Origin: Escherichia coli
Lineage (GTDB): Bacteria; Pseudomonadota; Gammaproteobacteria; Enterobacterales; Enterobacteriaceae
Length of the DNA stretch: 64,000 nucleotides
Assembly: GCF_001677475.2 (NCBI RefSeq)
Contig: NZ_CP015229.1
Reading direction: 5' to 3' (one strand)
The notes under the pieces: model-generated
What the model saw: the letters and a program-made list of their open reading frames with translations, nothing else
What the model was told of the DNA's origin: nothing
Database searches by the model: none
Program-made: the position numbers and the translations under genes
Shown: positions 1-10,696 of the stretch, one piece after another
Numbering within the stretch: the first letter of the stretch is position 1
Layout of the letters: the number at the start of each line of letters is the position of its first letter

Positions 1-3000
1 GCAAACAGCCGCTTCGTTTCACCATCAAGTGAAACGGTATTATCAGCCAACTGCATTGTCGGCTTAGCACCGGAACCGCCAAGGTCACTAATAACCTGCC
101 CGTCTATCTGCATACGACCGGTTGGTTGCTGCAAATCGTTGGCGGCAGTCGTCACCTGGGACGTGGAGGCTGGTTGAGGAGAATTATTTGAGCGCATTCC
201 CCGGGCATTAATGAGTTTGTCATACAGCCCATCAATCCCCATTTGTGCACCGAGTTGGTCAAAGTAACTTGAGTTGTTTGCTACCGGACGTGCCTCTTCA
301 ACTGGCATAGGTGTATCAACATACACATTGCCAGCTGCCGTTGCGGTTCCCCTTCCTCGTGCACGTTCTTCGAGGGTTCCCTGAACGACTTCCCGACGCA
401 TCCCCCGGCCATTCATGAATTTGTTGACCAGATCGTTAACGCCAACAGCATTGCCGATTTTGTCTACCAGACCGCCTTTCTCAAACGGGCTATCACCAGG
501 GGTAAACGCCAGGCCAGTAGACTGATCGATAACAGCGTTATCAGGCAGTGGTCCCCTCACTCCATATTGCGCCCCACCCTGTGCTCCTGCTCCAGGTGTA
601 TAGATTTCACCACCCAAATAGCGAGCACGATGAGTATTGACCTTGATCGCGTACTCACGGTTTTCTTTCGATAAGTCACCTGTGCCTTTTTTCCACTTAT
701 TGATAGTGCCAAACCCAGCGTTATATGCAGTGATGGCCTCGTTTAAGTCTCCATTGGCTTGCTTCAGATACTTGCTCATGAGAAGAGCCGCAGCTTCTGC
801 CGATTTCACAGGATCAAATGCATCCGGTTCCGATATCCCTGTCTCTTTACGAGCAATACTCGTGAACTGGAACATCCCGAGTGCGCCACCACTTAACTTT
901 CCATCTGGTGATCTTGTAAGCGGAGACTTTGCGTTAGGATCCCCTCCTGATTCAGTTGCAGCAATCGCGTAAAGAGTGCCTTCTGGAAGACCATATTTAT
1001 TCTCTAGTTCAGCAAAATATGGAGCCAACTTATCGAGATTTGCCTTACCTTCAGCGCCAAGACTTCCTACTTTTACATCCAAGTTGCCATTGTTGTAGGT
1101 ATCCGCAGCTTTCTGAATATCATTCCTGGTTCCAGTAGTATTACGCGACGATGATGACGAGCTATTTTGACCAATGGCTTTATCAATTTTCTGCAACGCG
1201 CGATTGCCCGTTTCTACGGCATTTGCATTGATAATCTGATTAGCAGTTTCTTTAACTGTTTTATTGCTATCTTTCGCCGTATCTAAGGATGCATTTACAA
1301 CACGAGTGACAATATTAGCCTTTTTAGGGGTATATTCAGTCTTAGGAGCATTGCCCTCCTGACGTTCTTTAGCAGGTGTTTTTAATTCAGGTGTAACCTC
1401 TTTCGCATCCGCTTTATTGACTAGCTTTGATGCAACCCAGGCCACAGGGGTGCTCTGAACAGCGGCATCAGCAACCTCACCTGAAAGCTCTTTTGCGGCA
1501 CTCCATAGATTACTGCCAGCCTCTTTAATGTATTTCCCCGGGTTCTTAATGAAATCAATTGCACTATCAATTGCATCACTGAAAACCTTTTTCAGGTTAT
1601 CGACAGTAAAGAAGTCTTTGATGGCGTCTAATTTTTCGTTCAGACTCTTGGTTGTGTCACTGAACCAAGCTGAAATAGCATCGCCAATCTTGGCTGTGTA
1701 ATCGTTGAATGTTGTGGATATGGTGTCACCAAGGTTAGAAATGTATGTTTCTAAATTGGTAATCCCACTATCAATGGCCTGTGCAATACTTTCCGTCGAA
1801 AATGATTGCAACATATTGCCGATATCCTCAAATCCAAGTGATTTGAGAACGCCACCAATGGCACTGCTAATACCAGATACCAGTCCTCCCATATCGAGAA
1901 CGTTAGCCAGTGTATAAGCCGCTTTTTGCTGAAAAGATGGATCTTCCCCATCCTTAAGCCCAAAGGTCCGACGTTGTGCTTCTGTATCATTCCAACCGGT
2001 TACCGCATCATAGATACCTCCAGCCACCGTGCCGACTAGCGGAATTGCGCGTAAAACCCCCTTTGCAAGTGCCTTAACACCTAGTTTCCCCAATCCCTTA
2101 GTTGCAAGTTTTCCGGCACCGCGAGTAGCCAATTCGCCAGCTTCTTTGGCAGCAGCTTTTTTCCCACCAAAGCCCAATAAGCTTGCAACTTTTTTTATAC
2201 CTAAAGCGCCTAGTGCCATCGAGCCAACTTTCTTTAGTGCCCCACGGCCAAAAATGAGGGAAGCAATACCACCGGCCCCCTTCCCTAACAGGCTAAATAA
2301 TTTGGACAGCAAGCCGCCCTTCTTTTTCCCGGTGTTTTTGGCTATCTGATCAAGGGCGCTGAGAATCTTGTCATTGCCCTCTTTAATTTCGCTGGTCTGA
2401 TCCTGAAGTTCCTGAACCGTCCGTTTTTGGGTGTTAACCTGAACGACATCGGCACTACTTTGCGATTTACGCCTAAAAAAACCTTTTTTACGGCTGTTAT
2501 CGTCATTGCCACGAATCACATCGGCAATAGACTTTCTGGCACCATTAAGCGATCCGCCAACTTCTTTTGATATCCCGCCAAGCTCCTTCCCTGCGGCCCA
2601 CAATGGACCAGCAACGGCATAACCTAACGCATCGACGGCACGAGTCTCTGAAGGGTTACCTATGCCTTCAGCTACTTTTGACAGTTTTTTTAATAAACCT
2701 GATTCAGCATTTAGACGCTCATCATCCTCTTTTCGCCTGGCCTTTTCTGCTCGTTCAGCATGGGCATCTTCCGCTGCGGCCTTACTCCCTGACTTTCCAA
2801 TAAAACGACCACGCGCATCGCGTTGGTTTTGGCTTTTTTGCGCACCGCCTTTTTGACCGAACATTTCGCGAGCGTGTTCGGCTGCTTCGGTCCGTTGCGC
2901 CTTTACATCCTCTGGTATAGCCTTCCTGCGTCGTTTTTTACCCTTTGGTGTGGTTGATTTGGCCCGCTGTTCCTGTTGAGCAACATCTTCCTGAACTACA

Positions 3001-3266
3001 CGAGAAACGTCCCCTAAATTAAGCCGTTTCATTGCGTCAACAATAGGGTCTACTGATGGCGCTTTGGCCACAAAGTCAGGCCGGGAATTTTCGATTGTGC
3101 GATTTAATGCCGACACGCTGCGAGAGACAGGATCAACAGTAGCAACTCGCCCACCTTTCAAATCTTCAACAGCTTCCCGGATACCAGCAAGCTCTTCCAG
3201 CTCTTTTGCGCTGGCGGTTTCAACTGTCCTTATAACATCGTCAATGTTGGCGTTTTTTCTTTCCAT
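1..3266 (-). CDS. Phage structural protein with lytic transglycosylase (SLT) domain, tape-measure or ejection-protein-like; partial, 3' end beyond window start
   Basis: One minus-strand frame is open from ATG at 3266-3264 to the window edge (absent from ORF track because no stop in window). My translation shows Gly/Lys/Ala-rich amphipathic repeats and SLT motifs (ATESGG, GMFQF, AYNAG) encoded around 640-1010. Confidence 0.6.
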   Translation of the reverse strand, partial: MERKNANIDDVIRTVETASAKELEELAGIREAVEDLKGGRVATVDPVSRSVSALNRTIENSRPDFVAKAPSVDPIVDAMKRLNLGDVSRVVQEDVAQQEQRAKSTTPKGKKRRRKAIPEDVKAQRTEAAEHAREMFGQKGGAQKSQNQRDARGRFIGKSGSKAAAEDAHAERAEKARRKEDDERLNAESGLLKKLSKVAEGIGNPSETRAVDALGYAVAGPLWAAGKELGGISKEVGGSLNGARKSIADVIRGNDDNSRKKGFFRRKSQSSADVVQVNTQKRTVQELQDQTSEIKEGNDKILSALDQIAKNTGKKKGGLLSKLFSLLGKGAGGIASLIFGRGALKKVGSMALGALGIKKVASLLGFGGKKAAAKEAGELATRGAGKLATKGLGKLGVKALAKGVLRAIPLVGTVAGGIYDAVTGWNDTEAQRRTFGLKDGEDPSFQQKAAYTLANVLDMGGLVSGISSAIGGVLKSLGFEDIGNMLQSFSTESIAQAIDSGITNLETYISNLGDTISTTFNDYTAKIGDAISAWFSDTTKSLNEKLDAIKDFFTVDNLKKVFSDAIDSAIDFIKNPGKYIKEAGSNLWSAAKELSGEVADAAVQSTPVAWVASKLVNKADAKEVTPELKTPAKERQEGNAPKTEYTPKKANIVTRVVNASLDTAKDSNKTVKETANQIINANAVETGNRALQKIDKAIGQNSSSSSSRNTTGTRNDIQKAADTYNNGNLDVKVGSLGAEGKANLDKLAPYFAELENKYGLPEGTLYAIAATESGGDPNAKSPLTRSPDGKLSGGALGMFQFTSIARKETGISEPDAFDPVKSAEAAALLMSKYLKQANGDLNEAITAYNAGFGTINKWKKGTGDLSKENREYAIKVNTHRARYLGGEIYTPGAGAQGGAQYGVRGPLPDNAVIDQSTGLAFTPGDSPFEKGGLVDKIGNAVGVNDLVNKFMNGRGMRREVVQGTLEERARGRGTATAAGNVYVDTPMPVEEARPVANNSSYFDQLGAQMGIDGLYDKLINARGMRSNNSPQPASTSQVTTAANDLQQPTGRMQIDGQVISDLGGSGAKPTMQLADNTVSLDGETKRLF

Positions 3267-3347
3267 GATCTTATCGCCTACCGTTTCGGTTTAAGTTTTT
3301 CTTCCAGTTTCTCCAACAGGAAAAACGCATAGGATTCAGTGAGCCTT

Positions 3348-4229
3348 TCAGCGTCCTGAATCGGTATACCCCCATACAAAACCAGGTTGGACACTAAGGT
3401 CTGATAGCTTTTCAATCCCCACCTGTGGAATGAAGTCGGTAGCCCGAAAGGGCACCCACAGACGGGTATATGCACCCTCTGTGGACTCCTTTTTATCCTG
3501 ATTTGGGCATTTATGCGGCGGGAGACGAAGACGCATTTCACCTTTATCGATGTAGCACGGTAAACCATGTTCGAGCTTTTCATGAGCCAGTCGGATGTGT
3601 GCCGCCAGCTTCATAAATTCAGTATCAATGGCCATCCGTTTAATCGTTTCATAACGACGCTCAGCCTGATCTTCACGAGTACCGCTAACATCGTTATAAA
3701 GCTCACACTGATAAGCGAATTCCCAAAAACGCAAATCAACGATCGCTTCTTTGAATTCCGCGTCGTCTTCAGGTGGCAATGCTGCACGGCGCATCTCCAG
3801 CATTTCCATTGCCCAACCATCAAGCGGCACGATACGCCATTGATAAGGTACTCCCTCTACAGACACCTCAATATCGTCAATGAAAGGTTCCACTTCCAGG
3901 ACCTGGATATCTTCAGCCAGAGCATTCATATCACAATCGTAATAATGCTCTTTACCACAATGTTTACAGGTGTAGGTGAATGTCTCGACCGGTGTTTCAC
4001 GGGAGCCGGTAAATATCCACCATAACGCGGTAATCCGGTCCTGCGCCGTCCATGTCAGGGGATCATGTTTCGCGGGTTCAGCCAGCAAGGCTTTTAAATA
4101 CGCCGTTGTCTGTTGTTCTTGTTCCTCCGGTGTTATCGAGTTGAAACGCATCGCATCAGCAATATTTGGCTGACGGAACTGGATCAATTCAGTTGGCCGC
4201 GATGGTAGCGGGAAAAGAGGTAAAAGCAT
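3348..4229 (-). CDS. Hypothetical phage-associated protein (293 aa)
   Basis: ORF track; co-directional and tightly spaced with neighbouring structural genes; Cys-rich segment CKHCGKEHYYDCD; no family recognised. Confidence 0.4.
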   Translation of the reverse strand: MLLPLFPLPSRPTELIQFRQPNIADAMRFNSITPEEQEQQTTAYLKALLAEPAKHDPLTWTAQDRITALWWIFTGSRETPVETFTYTCKHCGKEHYYDCDMNALAEDIQVLEVEPFIDDIEVSVEGVPYQWRIVPLDGWAMEMLEMRRAALPPEDDAEFKEAIVDLRFWEFAYQCELYNDVSGTREDQAERRYETIKRMAIDTEFMKLAAHIRLAHEKLEHGLPCYIDKGEMRLRLPPHKCPNQDKKESTEGAYTRLWVPFRATDFIPQVGIEKLSDLSVQPGFVWGYTDSGR

Positions 4230-4243
4230 CCTTGCTCCTTAAT

Positions 4244-4855
4244 TCAAAGAGAAAAGCTAAAGCCCAGAAGGGAAGCCAAAGAACTTGAGGATTGGTTAAA
4301 CGTGCTGTGCAATGCGAAGGTCATTGGGAATGACTTAAATTCAGTAACCTGATCTCGCGCATAGGTGACATCGCCGGTAGTGACCGGGAATACCGTCATC
4401 TCATTTTCCAGTTTGGTTAAACCGGAAGACAGTAACCGATAAATACGCACATTGAGCAAATATTTAGACGGTATATTCCCAGTACCGTCCGGATTAATCA
4501 CCCGACTTTTTGCCGTCTTAAACCAGTCCAAAACGAGGCCATCAACGGTATCCCTGACCATCATTGTTATCTGCCCAGGCGAACGCTCCGTTGGCTGAAG
4601 GATATTCCCTCCGCCGATTTTAATCGTTTCATATTCGATGCTGTAATCGTGGTAGGTAATGTCTTTGGCAAAGAAGTCTGCCCCCTCCAGTCCATCAACT
4701 TCGACAGAGAACTGCCATCCTTGCGCGAACAGCATTTTGTTCATGATGATTGACGTCAGCTTACCAACTTCCCGCTCACCAACGCCGGAGCCAAATAATG
4801 TCGTCGTTAATGCCGAAGATACATAAGACTTTACTGATGCAACATTAAGTCCCAT
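4244..4855 (-). CDS. Hypothetical phage structural protein (203 aa), possibly major tail/tube
   Basis: ORF track; 11-nt spacing to neighbours; position upstream of the SLT/tape-measure-like gene; family not recognised. Confidence 0.35.
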   Translation of the reverse strand: MGLNVASVKSYVSSALTTTLFGSGVGEREVGKLTSIIMNKMLFAQGWQFSVEVDGLEGADFFAKDITYHDYSIEYETIKIGGGNILQPTERSPGQITMMVRDTVDGLVLDWFKTAKSRVINPDGTGNIPSKYLLNVRIYRLLSSGLTKLENEMTVFPVTTGDVTYARDQVTEFKSFPMTFALHSTFNQSSSSLASLLGFSFSL

Positions 4856-4865
4856 ATCAACGACC

Positions 4866-5312
<447 letters not shown>

Positions 5313-5400
5313 TATTTCAAGCCTTTTAAGCCCCTTCAAAAATGCCCGCATCTCCTTTTAAAGCGAATTTTAAAGAAGCTCCAAAAGCAGGTCAATTAAG

Positions 5401-5916
5401 TCAACCTGCCTTTGCTTTTACGCTGTGTGAGAGAATACTTGCTTCAATTTCTTCCAAAATCTCTCTGACTTGCTCGTCGGACATATCAACCAACATCAAT
5501 GCAGCCAGGCGTTTACGACCCTCTAGTTGCAGCAGTTCTTGAGTATCTTTGTCCAATAAGCGTAGTACCGTTTCAACGCCTTTCCTTGCGAACATGCTGG
5601 TAAGAGCCTCTCGTTCTTCACTAGTAAGAAACGAGAGCATCTCAGTTAGCTGATCGCCTTGACTTAAACTGCTTTGTGATTCTTGTATTTTTGGTGGGTT
5701 TCCGTTGCCTGTTTTTAACCATTCAAGACTAACACCTTCACTTTCTGCAATGCGTACCAATATGCTTTCTCGAGGTTCTGGTGTGTTTCCCTTTTTAAAA
5801 TAGCTTTGTAACGTATTGATATTTATTCCCCAGGCTCTGGCTGCAGCACTTCTTGATGGATACCGTCTAATAAGATATGCCATGCGCTCTACGATAGGTT
5901 CTTTTGCTTGCTCCAT
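5401..5916 (-). CDS. Prophage repressor (c-like), HTH DNA-binding protein
   Basis: 171-aa ORF divergent from ner-A-B; HTH-like segment SAAARAWGININTLQSYF; position matches the Mu c gene. Confidence 0.6.
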   Translation of the reverse strand: MEQAKEPIVERMAYLIRRYPSRSAAARAWGININTLQSYFKKGNTPEPRESILVRIAESEGVSLEWLKTGNGNPPKIQESQSSLSQGDQLTEMLSFLTSEEREALTSMFARKGVETVLRLLDKDTQELLQLEGRKRLAALMLVDMSDEQVREILEEIEASILSHSVKAKAG

Positions 5917-6056
5917 AAAAGTACCTCTAGGTATTTTTCTGCATAAAGGTTCTTTTCCATCTATCTAATTGAATAGAAAGGAAAATTCAAAAATACAAAC
6001 AAAATACAAAAAATACCTTGTAATGGTACTTTTTGTGATCTACGATTTTATCCATA

Positions 6057-6078
6057 CGGATATCCGACCGGATATCCG
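6057..6078. promoter_or_regulatory. Tandem 10-bp palindromes CGGATATCCG (x2, 12-bp register) in the divergent c/ner control region; candidate Ner or repressor operator
   Basis: Seen directly: CGGATATCCG AC CGGATATCCG about 30 nt upstream of ner start; AAATACAAA-type repeats at 5990-6020 nearby. Confidence 0.45.
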
Positions 6079-6107
6079 CGCGGGTAACTTTGTAGGGTAA
6101 AGGAAAG

Positions 6108-6359
6108 ATGAGACAAAGAGAAGATCGCGACCGCGATTGGCCTTCGCTAAAGATTCAGCTGGCGCTCAAAGATAATGGGTGGTCTTCCTTCCGGGAGCTT
6201 TCACTCCATGCTGGTTATGCTCAGGATTCACTGAAAGCGGTAGTTCGTACACCGAACAAAAAATACGAACGCGTAATTTCTGACGCTATAGGTGTACCGC
6301 CAGAAATCATCTGGCCCAGCCGGTATCGTAACGATGGATTTATCAGGAAGGCGTCGTGA
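6108..6359 (+). CDS. ner: Ner-like DNA-binding transcriptional regulator
   Basis: 83-aa ORF with RBS; C-terminal motif IIWPSRY typical of Ner/Nlp family; sits immediately before the transposase gene. Confidence 0.75.
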   Translation: MRQREDRDRDWPSLKIQLALKDNGWSSFRELSLHAGYAQDSLKAVVRTPNKKYERVISDAIGVPPEIIWPSRYRNDGFIRKAS

Positions 6360-6360
6360 T

Positions 6361-8457
6361 ATGCAGTTGTACGTTACCGCAAACGACTTGCTCGGCGTAC
6401 CAGGAATGCCAGTCACTGCAAAAGGTATCCGTCAGGCGTTACAGCGTTTTGCCCATGGGCGCAATGACGTTAGCCGCCGACGTGAAGGCACAAAAGCCAT
6501 TGAATACCACATCGATTGCCTGCCAGAGGTAACTCAAAGGGCACTGCGTGAACGCTATGTGGAACAGCTGGTGGCTACAGAGAACAATGTTTCTGAAGTG
6601 AAGGTTGTTACCAGGAAGGCTCGTAATCCTGATGCAGTCCAGGCAATCGAAGCATATCGCGGTTCTCCACAACTGATGGAAGAACGCCTGAACGCGTTGA
6701 CCGAAAACCAGCGCCGGGTATCTGAAGCAAGATCTGCGCTGGTGGTGGAAGTGCTGAGGCTGGAAAGAGACGGTGATCTCGGGCGACTGAAAGCCATTAA
6801 CTTTCTTGTCGAAAAAGCCCGTAAAGGTGAACTACCGGAACGCCTGCAACAGGCCGCAGTTAACGCCAATGCAAAACGTGGTGCTAATCGCACCATCAGT
6901 CGTGACCCACTTTATCAGTGGGTGCTGAAGTACAACCAGTCACAGAACGCCGCAGAACGGCTGCTGTTACTGGCACCAGGAAAACGCGACGAAATAAAAC
7001 CGGAGGAAATTAGCTGGCTACCTGAATTTCTGGCGCAGTATCGCCAGGCGAATGGCAGACCTATGTCAGAAGCCTACGAAGATTTTGTCGCGGAATGGCA
7101 GCGTCGCCATGCAGACGAACCCTACATGATAGAGGTGATGCCCTCTTACGATGTGGTTCGTTATGCCATGAAGAAATTGCCGGAAGTGGTGAAACAAAAA
7201 GGCCGTGTTACCGGCAGTGAATACCGTCAGCTTGAAGGATTCACCCGCCGCGACTGGACAGCTATGCCGGTGAATTATGTCTGGATTGGTGACGGTCACG
7301 GTATGAAGCTGAAATGTGCGCATCCGATCCACGGGCGTCCATTCTCACCAGAAGTCACGTTTGTGATCGACGGTGGAACCCGGTTTGTTGTTGGCTGGAG
7401 TCTTGATCTTGCCGAGAACGTTTTCGCCGTTGCCGGAGCGATACAGCACGGCATTCGCAACCACGGAAAACCGTTCCTGTATTACTCGGATAACGGTTCT
7501 GGTGAAACGGCTGACATGCTTGACAAAGAGGTCGTGGGTATTCTGCCCCGCCTGGGGATTAAACACCCAACAGGTATTGCCGGTAATCCACAGGGGCGCG
7601 GCATTATTGAACGCCTGAACCGGACACTGCCGATGCGTATAGCCAGGAGGTATCGCACCTATTTTGGCAAGGGTGCTGACCGGGAATCGTTGCGTGTACT
7701 TAACCGTGATCTGCGTTCAGCGTTTAACGCCCTGCAACAGGACAAGCCTCTGAACGACCGCCAGAAAGCTGCAATGCGCGAGCTACCATCGTGGGCGGAG
7801 CTTATTGAGGCTATTCGTGAAGGCGTGGAATGGTACAACAACCGCCCGCATTCTGAGCTGCCTATGAAACCGAACGGGCGGCATTACAGCCCGGCAGAGT
7901 TCAGAAAAAAACGCCTGGCAGAAGAAGACACCGAAATTGAGTGGCTGAGTGATCTTGAGCTGCGCGACATGTTCCGCCCGATGGTGGAGCGTCCGGTAAA
8001 ACGCTGTGAAATCAAATGGCTTGGCAATATTTATTACGCGCCGGAGCTGCGTGACGAACACGGTCGCAAAGTGCTTATCAGTTATGACATTCATGACGCC
8101 GAGCGAATTACGGTACGTCGCAAGGACGGCAGCTTTATCTGTGAGGCGATATGGAACGGCAATAAACGCGCAGCCTTCCCTGTCAGTGCGGAATATCACA
8201 AACAACAGCAGCGTATTAAAGGGATGCGCAAACGCGCTGAGGAAAAAATTCGCGATGCTGAAGATGAAGGTATTCAGATTCTGGAACACAAACAGGCTGA
8301 ACCCTGGCTGGATAATGTTTATCGCCCGGTTGGTAATGTGGTGGCCGTTCAGCAACCGGAATATGAAGAAGAGCATGACGAAGAATTTGAACGCGATTTC
8401 AGACTGGGGATGCAAAAACTTTTTGCCATGCAGGAAGAAGATGATCCGCTGGCCTGA
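6361..8457 (+). CDS. Mu-type DDE transposase (A protein)
   Basis: Long ORF; ATG at 6361 follows the ner stop (ORF-track start at 6292 is an upstream alternative start overlapping ner); DDE-transposase-like core (WIGDGHG ... SDNGSGE); gene order ner-A-B. Confidence 0.8.
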   Translation: MQLYVTANDLLGVPGMPVTAKGIRQALQRFAHGRNDVSRRREGTKAIEYHIDCLPEVTQRALRERYVEQLVATENNVSEVKVVTRKARNPDAVQAIEAYRGSPQLMEERLNALTENQRRVSEARSALVVEVLRLERDGDLGRLKAINFLVEKARKGELPERLQQAAVNANAKRGANRTISRDPLYQWVLKYNQSQNAAERLLLLAPGKRDEIKPEEISWLPEFLAQYRQANGRPMSEAYEDFVAEWQRRHADEPYMIEVMPSYDVVRYAMKKLPEVVKQKGRVTGSEYRQLEGFTRRDWTAMPVNYVWIGDGHGMKLKCAHPIHGRPFSPEVTFVIDGGTRFVVGWSLDLAENVFAVAGAIQHGIRNHGKPFLYYSDNGSGETADMLDKEVVGILPRLGIKHPTGIAGNPQGRGIIERLNRTLPMRIARRYRTYFGKGADRESLRVLNRDLRSAFNALQQDKPLNDRQKAAMRELPSWAELIEAIREGVEWYNNRPHSELPMKPNGRHYSPAEFRKKRLAEEDTEIEWLSDLELRDMFRPMVERPVKRCEIKWLGNIYYAPELRDEHGRKVLISYDIHDAERITVRRKDGSFICEAIWNGNKRAAFPVSAEYHKQQQRIKGMRKRAEEKIRDAEDEGIQILEHKQAEPWLDNVYRPVGNVVAVQQPEYEEEHDEEFERDFRLGMQKLFAMQEEDDPLA

Positions 8458-8532
8458 ATAAAAAAACAGTCCGCGGGAACGGACTGTTAAACAAGGAAAA
8501 CAAAGTGAATCTGTAATGATGGAGGAAATACT

Positions 8533-9486
8533 ATGACTGATATTGATGATGTTTTCAACACTATTAATACGTTGATCAACGAGGGCGACAAGCCCCAGGA
8601 AGATATTGCTGATGAGGCCGGAATGTCTCCGGCAACACTCTCGGCTCTGCGTAAAGGAGAATACAAAGGCAATGTCGAAGGTATGCATGACAAATTACAG
8701 GAATGGTATCGGGTCTGGCAAAAAGGGCAGAATTTGTCAGGTGCCCCCGGCGTTGTGAAGACCCAGACATTTTGTGATTTGCATGAGCTGTTTAAAACAG
8801 TGCGCTCACTCGGGATTATCAGTGTTGTTGTTGGCGTACCGGGTGTCGGCAAAACTTTTGCTGCACGGGAATATTGCCGCAAGACAGCTAATGCCTGGAT
8901 GGTGACGCTTGCACCGGCACATTCGAGCGTAACGGAATGCCTCCTTGAAATAGCATATGCGCTGGAAATTAATAATCCGGGAAGAAATAAGGGGAATATA
9001 ACCCGCGCCATTCGCAGAAAACTGGGCGGTGGTAAAGAAACCAGTGGCCGTGTTAACCCCCTGCTGATTATTGATGAAGCTGATCACTTAAGTGTGGATG
9101 GTCTGGAGCAATTACGCGCCATTCAGGATGCTACTGGCGTGGGGATGGTTTTAATTGGCAACCCGAAACAGATGGCGGATGCCACCCGTCGTGGGACTGA
9201 TGAACTGGCTCGTTTGTTCAGCCGTTTTGCCATGACAAAACAACTGCGCAAAGTGAAAAAGACTGATGTGATGGCTGTAGCCAAAGCATGGGGAGTAACA
9301 CAGGAAGATGAGCTGGATCTGCTGATGAGGGTTGCCGAAAAGCCCGGGGGATTGCGTGTATTAACTCACACACTGAATCATGCGTGGCTGGCGGCGAAAG
9401 GTGCTGGTTCATCCCTGAATAAAAGTCACATAAAAGCGGCTTTTAAGGAGGCTTACAGCAACCCTAAGTTGCTGAACTGGCAGTAA
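8533..9486 (+). CDS. Transposition ATPase B (AAA+ target-DNA activator)
   Basis: 317 aa; Walker A GVPGVGKT and Walker B LLIIDEADHL; immediately downstream of the transposase as in Mu. Confidence 0.8.
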   Translation: MTDIDDVFNTINTLINEGDKPQEDIADEAGMSPATLSALRKGEYKGNVEGMHDKLQEWYRVWQKGQNLSGAPGVVKTQTFCDLHELFKTVRSLGIISVVVGVPGVGKTFAAREYCRKTANAWMVTLAPAHSSVTECLLEIAYALEINNPGRNKGNITRAIRRKLGGGKETSGRVNPLLIIDEADHLSVDGLEQLRAIQDATGVGMVLIGNPKQMADATRRGTDELARLFSRFAMTKQLRKVKKTDVMAVAKAWGVTQEDELDLLMRVAEKPGGLRVLTHTLNHAWLAAKGAGSSLNKSHIKAAFKEAYSNPKLLNWQ

Positions 9487-9498
9487 GGGGCATAAACC

Positions 9499-9726
9499 AT
9501 GATGTCACGGAATATCAAAATGGCAACGGAAGTAAAGACCTGGTTACAGGAGCGCGGCAGCCACGTCAACGAATCCTGGCTGGGCGTGGCCCGCCCGGTG
9601 CTTGAAATCACCTGCCCGCCACCAGAGCTGGTCAGAAACGCTGTCAGGATTATGGAGCATAAATCCGGGGTTGCCCGTTCAGTATGGACGGCCCGTCTTA
9701 ATGGTTGTCAGATTATCTGGAGATAA
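9499..9726 (+). CDS. Hypothetical early protein (75 aa)
   Basis: ORF track; ATG start; Mu semi-essential early region position. Confidence 0.4.
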   Translation: MMSRNIKMATEVKTWLQERGSHVNESWLGVARPVLEITCPPPELVRNAVRIMEHKSGVARSVWTARLNGCQIIWR

Positions 9727-9728
9727 CG

Positions 9729-9959
9729 ATGAGTATCAGGTCTGGAAAATATATTGAGTGGGTTAAACATTGTCAGCGCCACGGAGTGCCTTTGACGACA
9801 TATAAATGCCCAGGATGTGGCAAACAACTTATGACGCAAAGTTCCCCCGAAAATGAAGTATGGGACTCCTTCACATGTTGTCCGTGGTGTAGTGGTGTTT
9901 TCTTTAAACAGGTAGAAGGCGCGAAAATAAAGGTCAGCGCAGTTATTCAGAATCAATAA
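9729..9959 (+). CDS. Hypothetical early protein with Cys-rich zinc-ribbon-like motifs (76 aa)
   Basis: ATG at 9729 just after the previous stop; CxxC...CxxC pattern (CPGCGK ... CCPWCSG). Confidence 0.4.
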   Translation: MSIRSGKYIEWVKHCQRHGVPLTTYKCPGCGKQLMTQSSPENEVWDSFTCCPWCSGVFFKQVEGAKIKVSAVIQNQ

Positions 9960-9970
9960 GGAGAAACAAA

Positions 9971-10240
9971 ATGGCAAAAGTAATCTTTGAATTTAACCGC
10001 ATGGAAGATGTTGAGTTTCAGAAAAAAGGAGGTTTCTTTGTAGGAATGAGTGTGCAACTGGAAGAACGGTCTCCTAAGGAGCAAATCGGACCACATGACG
10101 TAATGGCAGGCATTATCAAGAGCATGGCTCCTGAAATTATTGAAAAAGCAACCCAGGAGTTGTTGAAGTCAGCCAGACAACTTGGACTGGAAGCCGAAGG
10201 CGAGTTATTCCGGTATAAACCGGATGCAGCCAAACATTAA
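9971..10240 (+). CDS. Hypothetical early protein (89 aa)
   Basis: ORF track, RBS AAGGAGAAA upstream. Confidence 0.4.
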   Translation: MAKVIFEFNRMEDVEFQKKGGFFVGMSVQLEERSPKEQIGPHDVMAGIIKSMAPEIIEKATQELLKSARQLGLEAEGELFRYKPDAAKH

Positions 10241-10260
10241 TTCATAAAGGAACTCTGACA

Positions 10261-10680
10261 ATGAAAGCCAAAATCAGAAACGAAATTCAGGCATTAATTC
10301 GAATTAAAATGCGTAATAACAATGGCAGAGACTTACGCGAGTTTATTTGCGCGCGCGAAGTTGAGGGGTATGGCGAAAAGACTTACCTGATTGCATTTGA
10401 CCATTACAGCATTTGTGCGCGTTATTGCGGGGAGGCGGTATTCCGCGCCATTACGTTTGGCAATGCCTTCAATGTGGATTTATGGGAATACGTCATGGAC
10501 CGCGAATACATCAGCGCGTCAGACCCGGACGCACGGGAGCAGTGGAAGAACATCTGGCGCGATTACCGGCAAATGGCGAAAGGCTGGACGCAGGGGACGT
10601 ATTCTTCCCTTGCCCTGAAAGCGGTTCAGCTATCTGTGCGGCATATGCTGTCGGCACGATTCGAACTCCCGGTGCACTGA
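10261..10680 (+). CDS. Hypothetical early protein (139 aa)
   Basis: ORF track; RBS-like AAGGAAC upstream. Confidence 0.4.
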   Translation: MKAKIRNEIQALIRIKMRNNNGRDLREFICAREVEGYGEKTYLIAFDHYSICARYCGEAVFRAITFGNAFNVDLWEYVMDREYISASDPDAREQWKNIWRDYRQMAKGWTQGTYSSLALKAVQLSVRHMLSARFELPVH

Positions 10681-10696
10681 TAAGGAGGGCATCATC

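Noticed and set aside
1-3266. Giant SLT-domain protein as the Mu-type prophage's own tape measure
   Set aside because: The Mu-type element has its tape measure at 28161-30026 between chaperone and baseplate genes; this gene lies outside the prophage and on the opposite strand.
6292-8457. ORF-track transposase start at 6292 (721 aa) overlapping ner
   Set aside because: The first 23 codons overlap ner in another frame; the ATG at 6361 directly after the ner stop gives a typical transposase N-terminus (MQLYVTANDLLGVPGMP...).
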